Assembly: GCA_000934665.2 (NCBI GenBank)
Contig: KZ538469.1
Span: 47,857 to 67,856 of the forward strand
Origin: Catajapyx aquilonaris
Taxonomy: Eukaryota
DNA: 20,000 nucleotides
Direction of reading: 5' to 3'
Shown: positions 1 through 10,800 of the stretch, piece after piece
Layout of the letters: each line of letters begins with the position of its first letter
Numbering within the stretch: the first letter of the stretch is position 1
Notes under the pieces: model-generated
What the model saw: only the letters and a program-made list of their open reading frames with translations
Database searches by the model: none
Told to the model about the DNA's origin: nothing
Made by a program: the position numbers and the translations under genes

Positions 1-3000
1 ACCCTTGAAGCATTGGTTACGTGCCATCAAAAACTCCGGCAGGGCTAAGATTTGGCACGCATACCCGGGGTTGGTGACCCTTCTTCTTCGGTATAGGGTG
101 CGATATGTAGGGTGAATCAAAACCGACCAGAGATATTACTCCCAATTTTTTTTTAAACGGAAGAAAAGCCTTGAAATTCTGGCAGCTTGTTAGAAATGAG
201 AGTGACAACTACTGTAAGATTTCGCTAAATGTGTCCGGATTTGCACTGGGTGGTGGAAACATAAAATTAGAGTCCGCTGCGGAATAGTAATGATTCAACT
301 CAATTGGTTGCTGGTGACCTTCCCATGAAAAGGCGGAAAAACATAGACCCAGCACACACGGTGGTGCTTAACCTTCGAAACCAGTGAACCGACTCGTGCT
401 TATAAATATACGAAAATAAAACTGCATAGATGCCTCGATCACCAATTAATGAATGCAAAAACACTGAAAATTTTTCCATGATTCAGAATATTCGCACAGT
501 TTACTTAACCTATAGGCGCGTGTAACTGACTCTCCAAATGTTGGCGGTAACTTTGCCTCAACTAATTCCGGGGTGTGGCTCCAGCATATTCGCGTATACG
601 TGTTACAATAGAATTAATTACCCCAGCTCTTCCAGCACGAACTTAATTCCAAATTGAAGCACAGTATTCCCGGATTGCACAAAGGTGTGCCAACAGCCGC
701 CATAATAACAGGCAAAGAACTTTGCGGATTCCAACATTGGCCACTCGCTAAGTTACGTTAATGGACTTTCCTCTCCATTAACCCCTGGGTATTATATCGG
801 GGAAGGGGGAATCAGTCGGGAGGTATGCTGAATTATCAAGAGGCTTGCAAACCGCAGGATATGGTCTGCGCATTCCGCCATTTCCATGCCCAAAGATGGC
901 CAGCGTGTTATACAGTTTTAGGAGGATTTTTATATATACGGTTCAGCGTCCATTTTTAGGCTCCGCCGGGGCTATACGGGCAGCTTCCGGCAACGTGTGG
1001 ACACTTGTCCGGAAGTAATGCTTCAGGATATGACACACATGTGTTTAAAGCTCCCCATACAAATTTTGGTGTGGTAACATTGCTTCCAAAGCGGTGAAGA
1101 CAAATGGCCGCTGTCTCCACTACGGCTTTCGTCAATTCTGTGACTTTCAGAGACAGATTCTCCTCTTCAACATTTTTTTGTGAGTGTTTAGTAGCGTCTC
1201 AGGGTCATCCCTGTAGAAGGCCAAATACAGGAGAAAACAGGTCAAAGTCTCATGCCAGTCCTCCCCTCTAATGGTAGCCTCCGACAAATCGAAAGAGAGG
1301 GGGGGATAGTGGCGGCCATTACTAGTCCACCCCACCTTCTCTACCCATCTACCCATCCATCCTTTTCTCTTGTGCTCCTCTCTCTCGCCCTCGTCACAAT
1401 CAACTTGGAAACCGGGATGGAAACTGGAACTGGAGAGGGGTGATAATATTGGGGAGACCAGAAAGGATATGGCCCTAACAAAAGACGGAGCCTGCCTCTA
1501 CCTGTGCCCCCCCCCCCTCTTCTTTTATTTGGGGGGGGGGGGAGAGAGAGGAGGGGATAGATTGGGCAGAAAGCTGGCTGATGGAAGGGTACAGTTGTGA
1601 CAAAGATTTTGTTGGAAAAAAATCCTTGATGGCACGTCCCTATTGGGAAAACTGGGAATGAACAAAAGCAATGCGATAGTGAGGAAAAGATAGCCATCCC
1701 AGAACCTGCCTTAATTTGACCCCTTTTCTGATTGGACTATTTGCACCTGTCTGCCCTTTTAATTAATCAAATAATCATATTTATTACATACTACTGGATA
1801 TTACGCAACATTGTACATAACGGTGCATTTTAGTACACAATATCATCAAACTATTTTTAACATTCGGCCATATACCTACATTTTTATTTTTAAAAAGACG
1901 TTTGATATGTATTAATCATCAATAATTGGGCATTTCAAAAATGCGCCCCGTACAGTCACCTCAATACAACCTGATAACTGTTTCTACCACATTCACACCC
2001 CTTTAGTGTTGCCATTAAAATACACGTTGCCATCCGGCAAGCGCACTCTGTAAGTACCCGGTGTCAAACAATGTCCCTTTTTAAAACCCCGCATTTATCA
2101 AGCGGTATAAACAACAAGCGAAGCAATCTGGTAAAAATTATTATGATCGCATGTCCACGCTGCTTGGTACTTGCCCTTTTGTTAGTTTCCGTTTATAACC
2201 CAATAAAATCGCGCACATTTTTACCACACTATCAATATAGTTTTTGGGTTGGGAGAAAAACATTTTCGATGAATGAAAGACAAACCTGCAGATGAATGAC
2301 AATCAAACCCGTGCCAATCAAATCGTATTTTTTTTCCATCTGTGTCCTTGATTGACATATGCACATGGCGGTAGGGTTTTAACTGAAGCACGTGCTGCAT
2401 ATGGTGGAAGGATTATTACGAGTGAAGACATGGAGAGAGAGAAAAAAAAGTGGCAACGATGCCAAATTGAGGGCAACACACAGTCCCATTAGGCCTCACC
2501 GACGCGTGGGAGGTCAACAAATTGACTAATCCTACCCAGAGACAACGTCTGCACCACAATGGACCGGAAGACGGGTCAAACGATGAAGGTCAACACCCTG
2601 TAGCACACTGACACCATGCCGCCACTCTAGTTCCAGACTTTAAAAAAGTGGGCACACGAGTGGTCACTCCCGACCTCCCACGCAAAAGGAATGGACATTT
2701 ACATCTGAAGGCCGTTTCTCCCTTAGCGATCTCCACCCATCTGCTGTGCCATAATTGAATTAAAAAAAACTGAACATTACGGTACCGTACTCCACTCTCT
2801 TGAGGGTAACCGGTACCCCGTGCGATTTTCCTCCAGGCCGCAAATTCCGCCGGACCTTCCACTGTCACTTGTAATGAATAACTTAGCATCTCTACACGCA
2901 CACTGACTGTACGCTTCCCATTCCTAAATGGCTACGCTTCTGCCTTTAATTATTAACAGTGGCGCTTCCCGCTCGGGGTAGTTTTCCCGCGCCTGTTATT

Positions 3001-3360
3001 CTAATTTGAACCCTCCTCCCACTATATTCCAAACAACCCCTTGGAAATCCGATCCCATTGATATTTGTTACGTAATGGCACCTAACCCTGCGTTTTCACG
3101 GGGTAACGCGTAATTATCCATAAATCCCAATGTTGATTTTTTGGCTCTCTGTGTGTGTGTGCTGCGCGTAGGGGATTGCACAGGGAGAGAAGCCGGTCAA
3201 TTTTTGGTGTGTAAATATAGTAACATGGCTGATGTGACCTAGTAACTTTGTGATGGGGGGTGCTTCTCCCATAGGACCCCGGTCTGTGTTTGATGTGTTT
3301 CGAACGGTTTTTGAAATATCGCGCCGTTTGAATCTCTGCACACCTAGTTCGAATGCAAAA

Positions 3361-3526
3361 CGAGGGGTTAGTCACTAGATACTATAGTGTACGACAGACT
3401 TTGACAGTCGGACATCATGAACATTTTGTCCGAACTTCAGTGGAACTTCACCTGGACTTGAGTCGTACTTCACTAACATTTTGTCCGGACTTCAGTGTCG
3501 GTGTGTACGAAGTGACTAACCCCTCG
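3361..3526. mobile_element. Small MITE-like element with perfect 16-bp terminal inverted repeats and a 23-bp internal direct repeat
   Basis: CGAGGGGTTAGTCACT (3361-3376) / AGTGACTAACCCCTCG (3511-3526). AACATTTTGTCCGRACTTCAGTG at 3420-3442 and 3475-3497. No clear target-site duplication. Confidence 0.6.
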
Positions 3527-3559
3527 GTTTCTACCCATGTTGCTGAATTGTGGCCAGAG

Positions 3560-4430
3560 TTGCCTGAGCGCTAGACACGTGCAGTGTGCACGTGTGGCAC
3601 ATGTACTCACCCAGCACAACATAATACCGGCGGTCCCACCACTGGTACCTCGGGTACCGCTCCGGCCGCCGTCAAATCCGCACATCACCCGCCAAACCAC
3701 CGCATGCCGCCCACCACCACCGGCGTCTCCCTGCGTCCGCGCGCCAGGCCCGCCTCCGAAAACCTGTGCCAGCTAACCCCTTACAGGCTCAACCCCCGAA
3801 CGCACTGCTCCCAAGTCAGTCGCGCCAGTCCCCCCCCCCCCNNNNNNNNNNNNNNNNNNNNNNNNNNNNNNNNNNNNNNNNNNNNNNNNNNNNTCCCCTC
3901 ACCATCCCCATCCTCCCCCACACCCATCCCACCCCCGCCATCCCCCCCACACGCCTCAGTCAATACTTGCTCCATCCGCAGCCTATAGAGCCCCTGGGCT
4001 GGGGTAATTGGGGGAATGAGTAATGCCCTGGCCCCCCCTACTCTCCTCTCTTGCTACCTTCCTCTACAATGGTGGCGACACATCGGAGGTTCCCTAATCT
4101 TGGAAGCCCCTGTCCATTGATCCCTTTTACGTATATCCCCCAAAAAAGAGAGAGAGAGAAAGAAAAAAGTAGATATGGAGGATTTTCCGGGGGAGCGGGA
4201 TACACTTCCGGGCTCGTAAGTCAGGAGTTTGCGGCAGATGCTGCGGATTACGAGGTCCGCGGCAGTAATGATGTGCCCGTGCCGCTGGCAGGTGGCGTGA
4301 CCTCTGATGCGTCGTGGCCCCGGCGCGCGGTGCGGACGCATCGGGACGCGTGGCGGGACGCACGCCATTGCACAATGGCGCGGAGCACAAACTGGGCGTG
4401 GGGACAATGATGTAACATTACTTGCGATTG
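3560..4430. promoter_or_regulatory. CpG/GC-rich intronic patch (candidate enhancer or alternative promoter) interrupted by an assembly gap
   Basis: Visibly CpG-dense at ~3625-3830 and ~4190-4400. E-boxes at 3576-3603, ETS-like CACTTCCGG at 4203-4211, GATTGGCC at ~4426. Confidence 0.4.
3842..3893. other. Assembly gap (52 N) within a poly-C / C-rich tract
   Basis: Run of N flanked by C homopolymer and C-rich sequence. Confidence 0.99.
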
Positions 4431-4757
4431 GCCTATCCTCATCGTGTGAATGCGCCTTTTATTCATGTACTATAGGAATACCGATAAAAGTCGCTAATGC
4501 TGATAAATGTGCAAAGACGACGCGATGTCGGATAATCCGGGGTAAAACACTATGCAAAACACTGCTTTTCCAGCTAAGAAACAGCTTCCGGCAGCTTCTC
4601 AGGCGTCTTCCTGGAAGCCTAGCTCAGCACGCAGAGTTTTATTTCCACGCTTCACTTATTGCAGCCTGACTCGAATAATATCTGGTCAGATATGACTAAA
4701 CTATACTATGTATCAGAAAAAGAAAGTAATATTCATATTACTAATATTTCACTATTA

Positions 4758-5132
4758 CAATTATTGAATCCGGCTATATAATAGACGCGTCATACTTAGT
4801 CTATACATAAGACCCTGTGTATTTTTACTCCTGATATAACACACCTTTTCACATCACCTCTGCTATAACAGACCATTTCTTGGTCCCTTGAAGGGAAACT
4901 CTGCTTATATTATTGGAAACAATAAGGAACCGGCATAAGAAAATTACAAATTGCGGATTTATTTATTTTGTCCTACATTATATATTTTCGAGTGAGCTAA
5001 TTTTGCATTTTTGATGGATTTCATTAATCAGTATAATTAAGCAGTATGGTGCATTATAGGCATATGGAAAGCAGAAAAATTATTGTGTATTTTCCGCGGC
5101 CCCTTGAAGTCTGTTATATCCGGATTCAACTG
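4758..5132. mobile_element. Non-autonomous Tc1/mariner-pogo-type MITE (~375 bp) flanked by TA
   Basis: Left end CAATTATTGAATCCGGCTATATAATAGAC (4758-4786) is a degenerate inverse of right end GTCTGTTATATCCGGATTCAACTG (5109-5132). TA at 4756-4757 and 5133-5134. Internal echoes of the end motifs (TATAACAGAC, CCCTTGAAG at ~4865-4893). No ORF. Confidence 0.7.
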
Positions 5133-7686
5133 TATTATCTACTATCAGATAAAGAAAGTAATAATTATTCATATTTATCACTAATATTTCACTATTTCTA
5201 CAAAAAATAACGTTGTCGTAACACTTGTTCTATAGTAAAATTAATAAAAATAAACAGCTTAGTTAAAAATTGACGTATTCTATCGACATACCGCGAGTAC
5301 TACGCTACTGTAATAGTTTTGAACAAAAAAAAAGTGTGTTTTTCTCTACATCCAACAGTATTACCTTCCTGAATTGGGTATGTACAGTTAGCCCTATATA
5401 CAAGAGAAATTTCCCCCGGATCGCTTTGCTACCAGAAAAGTCACCCATTATTTATCAGGAAACACAATCACATCGCACAACAATTCCCACGACTTTCAAG
5501 GAAAAAAAAAAATCGCGCGCCTTTTTTCCGGGCATCAGGCTCGCACGAAACCCGATACTTTTTACGCGAGTGATGAATAATTTCGTAGATAAGTCGATCA
5601 CCAAATTCTGAAACAAGCAGGTTGGACAAGTCCAGGAGCATCGATCTGTGGGCGCCGACACGCATAAATACGGTATGAAAGCACCAAATTGAGGTGGAGC
5701 ACAACAGTTGGATGAGGAGGGGGGGGGGGGTCACTGTACACAAGAGCTTTACTTACCGATACTGTATATTCATCCGGCGCAAAATAACGTCCAAATTTGG
5801 CTATAGCATGAGTCGGAATTATCGCTATTTACGCATGCCACCCTACCTAATAATTTCTGCCAATACGATATCATTTTCTATGACGGCCTCGGATTATGTG
5901 ATTGCACATTAATCATCCAATAAAGCTGCTATAGAGCCAAATAAAAAATGCGGCGAGTCATCAACATACTTGACTAGATTCCAGAATATGATGTGTCAGG
6001 ATTAATTAGCCGGACACGGTTGACAAGAAATGCTAGTCATTTGCCACCAGATTGATGACACCAGCACTTCATATACCTGGGGCTGGGATGACAGCTAACA
6101 ATCGCATTGGGGTCCCTACACTGCATATTTTTATTCGGGACAAACGACACCGCAGCACATAATCAGAGGTGCGATTAGCACCTGGAAAAGCAAGCAATTC
6201 TAGCAAATCGACGTGCCGAACTAATGACCCCAAGCTCCAGACTACCGGTGGAGGACGATTTATAAGCGTCAATCCTCTTCCTTAAGGCTTGCTTGCCAGA
6301 CATTAAAACACCCCGACATGGCTCAGACTCGCAACATTACCACCTCATCTACATTTCAACACTGCCAGGAATAGCAACCGAATTGGTACCGATCAATCTT
6401 CCTATCACTGCAGACTCCGCTTTCTCCTCGGTTTTTGCTTCTTTAGAGGCAGATGTAAAACTACAGCGATTCTTGCAAAATGGCAACACCGCATCCACGC
6501 CATATTGGTCCTTCTCATTGGCCAACCAGGCTAATCCCAGCTCTCCATTAGCTGAAGCTCGCAAGGGCTTCATTGCTCCCAACTGATTCTCAAATTAGCT
6601 CTTTACTTTTCGATACTCTCACGCACATAAAAGTCAAGCTTGTAAAAAAAATACAAAAAAAAAAAAAGAAGCGAAGGGCCCACGGATGAACCCTGACATT
6701 AAAATCACGCATAATTCCCTCCACCTTTTCCACGAAACGGCTTGGTATACTGCTCCATTGCCGAGGACACAGAGAAAATGCTGCCGCGTTTTATGTACGC
6801 ATCTTGCCAATAAAAATATACATAATGTAAAAGATACTCCGACCCGTATAGTCGGCCCGTAAAACCTTCACACTGCTTGTAATTCGCCCCTCCAGAGTCC
6901 GCGGCATTAATAAAACAAAACACACCTGTTAATCACTGCTTACATTGGCCTGAATCGCAATTAAATCATTGGCTCTGCATAAGAATAAGGTTTCTCCATA
7001 TTGTATAACCAAGCGCGAAATGGGATCTGAATATATCATCACTTTTCCTTTCCCGAACTCGGCGTATTACCGGATCAGAATCAGATTGGTGACGATGTAT
7101 ACCGTGTTATACAATTGGGACCTGTCTTGCCAGAGGGCGCTATTAAGTGTAATTAGTGGCACCTGATCGATATTCCTCTTTGCCGGTGGGGGAATGCTAC
7201 CTTATGAAACTTGAACATCCTGGTTCTAGCCAGCACTTTTTCGCTTAAAATCTGATCCTACATCCCAACACAATATTGTACTGCAAATTAGACAATCCCG
7301 CTGTACAGGTATGGCACGCAGAGTTGCCCTGCATATCCAGGATAAGCAGCTAAAAATTGCACCTTTTTTTTTCTCCACCCCTCCCCGTCAGTGGTGAATG
7401 CTTAAGAATCCATCACTGCCGACAACATTATGGTGTTTCTAAATGACATTCGTTCCCTTGAAGCGTGTGACATCGGGCCAACCATTACGGATCGAAAAGT
7501 TATCTTAGAACTTGGCTGGAAAACGCCCATCTATAAGGCCCGCCATAACGGCTCAAAGTTAGGCTTCATTTGGCCGTAAGGATCTATAGTGAACGTGACA
7601 AATGGGGCACCAAATATGGCAATTTTAGACCCGTCGTTTTTTTTATCCCACTGAAAATCTGAGTTGTAAAAAAAACTTTTTTTCTA

Positions 7687-7771
7687 TCCAATGGCGCTAT
7701 TTTTCATGTAGTATGAAATACTATGTACTGTACATAGTATTTCTTACTACATGAAAAATGGCGGCAATGGA
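7687..7771. repeat. 85-bp near-perfect palindrome (42-bp arms, 4 mismatches, 1-nt centre)
   Basis: TCCAATGGCGCTATTTTTCATGTAGTATGAAATACTATGTAC-T-GTACATAGTATTTCTTACTACATGAAAAATGGCGGCAATGGA. Confidence 0.95.
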
Positions 7772-7779
7772 CTGAAAAG

Positions 7780-7845
7780 GTATTGCCTCCTGGCGGAGTT
7801 TTCTCTTTACATGAAGCACCTTCATGTAAAGGCCCGAGGCAATAC
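7780..7845. repeat. Second adjacent inverted repeat (10-bp outer stem plus 12-bp inner stem)
   Basis: GTATTGCCTC (7780-7789)/GAGGCAATAC (7836-7845) enclosing CTTTACATGAAG-CAC-CTTCATGTAAAG (7805-7831). Confidence 0.9.
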
Positions 7846-10800
7846 TTGTGCTTCTTCATTAATTTCCACCACTGTACTATATGGCTCAAAAATATGTCAT
7901 TAACAAAAAAAAAATGGCAAATTCCAGCATGTCATAAGCCAATTTTTTGACACAATCCGAGTCAATCCTGTCGTCATAGAGAGCAGTTGAAACCGCTCTC
8001 AAGACCGAGACTATCAGTTGATCTTTGGTTTAATTGGATGTGTGCGGTCGCAAGAGAGGGGGCTGGGGGGGGGGGGTAGAGGGAGAGTCAGGGGGGACTA
8101 TGGAGGGGGTTAGGCCAGGGGGGAGAGAGAGACCACTTGCTGAAGTTTGATCTCCCACGCTTCCAATTAATTTGGGCGCCTCGTCCACGCTAATGGCCGT
8201 TATCTGAAGTCCACTGCTTTTTGGGACAGTAATTTAGATTCGCGTTTTCCGAACCTCACAATAAAGATAATCCAAACTACCTTTTCCATAAACGGGGCAA
8301 GTCCCGAATGATAATCCAGGGAGCGGTAACAGCAACAGTCATGGGGCTATGGGTTTTGCAAGTTAATGATTCGGACACTCTAATCTTGCCCAAGATAAGT
8401 ACCTGGACACCCCCAAAATATTCTCCAGGCACATTCACCAATAAACGCCAAGCAGATCACCTTTATATACATGCCCTCGGATTTTGGGAGGGTTGTATTT
8501 TTATTATGTGGACGGGATCTTGTTTCCCTGTGAGGTTATTAATGGTCCATAATTTTCACGAGCTACCCCCAGCCGTTATATTTCGCGACATGTGCAAATG
8601 TTAATGCGCTCCTAAGACCACTCCTCTCGGAAAATGCCTCTTCACACTCATAATTGCGTTGGTTATGACGTAGTGGGGCTCAACTTCAGTACTACAGGAC
8701 CCCCTTTTCCAACCGACTAGGATTTAATGAAAGTGTTATTTTTTTAGCACAAAATACCTACAAGTTTCAGTAGAGCTATCTTTTCCTCCCATAATATTTC
8801 ATTCTTAATCTCTCTCATTGTTACGTACACTATAGCTCATTTCTTTCACAACAATAAACGATAGTACGATTAAATGTCATAACTGATAGCGTGACGGACA
8901 GTGACATGTTGGTACAGGCGAGCGTTACGTCACAGTATAGTTTAGAGTGAACTATTTCAGTAAAACTTGACACATTGGTTGCTAAAGACACTCCCCTTCT
9001 AAATTCCTCCAAACGTCAACTATTTGAACGAGGAATTTTTGGTGAAAGTCGTGGGTCGAGGTGTCATAAAAGTCGAAAATCAGCGTGACGAGCTATGCTG
9101 TGACGGTTAGGACATTGCCAGCCAACAGTTCTCAGCTGGAAAAAGTGGACGAACAATATTTAAAAATTGCGTTTTGTTGTCGACAACAACCGAATTTTCC
9201 TTGTCATTTTTTCCATGTGAAAAATATTACATCTGTAATTTTCACCCACATTTTTTAAAAAATGGACTAACTAATGCTGCGAAAAACGACCATTATTATG
9301 CACCGATCCAGGTCCAATTAAAAAAATGCAGCACATGCAATTAATAATTTCGTCCAATACTATTAGCCTCTTTACTCAGTTCAAATAATTGTCAAAAATT
9401 CGTCCAAAAAAAGCACGTCCTTGGACATCTTGTGGTAATATTTCGAACCAGGCGTTGTTTATTATGACCATTTGGAGTTTTTGATTTTTTGATATTTTTT
9501 TTTAATGGGGGGTTGGGAGGGGGGGGGGGGTGTGGGGGATGGAAAGTTCGGAGGGGAGGTTAGTAGGGGAGGGGCAGCCCTCGAGTCCCGGACATTGATC
9601 GCTTGGCTCTGCGGCATAAGAATCCGGAGAGAAGCGTTGCTGGCAGAGGGCAGGAAGGTGAACAGAGAGAGTCGGGGGTGTGGGAAAAATGGTCGCGCCA
9701 TGCAGCGGAAAGAAACAAATCTGAAAAATCCGGCCACCATGAACCATCATCCCCCTCCAATCATCCCTCCAGAGCGCGCCCATTGCAAAAATGGGGACAG
9801 ACGAGTCGTAACTTTTTTGGAGAGGCAATGACATCTAGAATTTGGCGTGGTCCATCAGTTAATCTATCTCGAAATATCCGACACGACCCCCCCTAAACTG
9901 GCTGGAGAGGAGCCAAGAATCCGGAGGCTCCTGTTGCTCCGGGTGTCCGGAATTCGATTGCGGGACGTGAAACATGGGACAGTCGTACAAGGGCGGATTG
10001 GAAATCGGCGAAAAAAACATCGCCTTCCATATATATAAAATTGGTGCATATATACATACGGGTTTTAAAAAAAAAGTTTGGTGCTATGTTTAAGCTAACA
10101 AGTGGCAGGTGAAAAATTATCGCTGCAATTTGTCGGGTTCGACTCCGGCCAGCACTCCTCATTTAGCAGCAAGCAGAATTGGCAATTCCCTATCAGTTTA
10201 GTGTCCCAGAGCCTGTCAATTTGGCGTGGGGGGCACTTGGTCCAAATGGCCAATTTCCAGACCCCCCCTCCCCTCTATACAATTTTTTTTTCCTGATTTT
10301 TCATGACACTGAGGCCATCATCTGTCATTATACCTATTCCCCACTGCATTGCGCCAATTTCAGCCTATGATCCTACCCTACACGTTAAGTTCACTGTGAA
10401 GTGACAACTATCGATGGGTGAAATAATGTGGCGGCCCACCCCTTTTGCCTCCCACTGTTGTGACGCTGAGCTTGCATGCACTTTTAGCCCCCTTATGGAG
10501 TTTGATGGAAATGTAATTATGCGTAATTATATTTTGAGGTACAGGAAGTCAGCCCACTGGCACAAGGAGCATTCGTATACGTGTCTTCTCTTCAAACGTT
10601 GCATTAACCCAACAAAGGCAAGCGCTTTCCAAACGTTCAATGGGAGGGGAGGAAAAAAAGTTGAGAGTTTATGACGAGCCGGAAAACCTATCGTAACTTG
10701 ACTATAGGTTTTTCCAAAGAGTTGCATAATCATGGGTATAGGTAAAACTAAGCCCAAAAATGTTAAGGGCAAGTAAAATACAAAAAAATTGTCACCAATT

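Noticed and set aside
1338..1601. Pyrimidine-rich and purine-rich tracts forming a long hairpin
   Set aside because: Complementarity rests mostly on low-complexity CT/GA sequence, and the blocks are not consistently nested.
9130..9455. Possible decayed DNA transposon with repeated TGGACGAA/TTCGTCCA motifs
   Set aside because: Could not define paired termini or a target-site duplication.
5484..9686. CSL/Su(H) sites TTCCCACG (5484-5491) and TGTGGGAA (9679-9686) as Notch autoregulation
   Set aside because: About two YGTGRGAA matches are expected by chance in 20 kb; they are isolated and do not form a paired SPS site.
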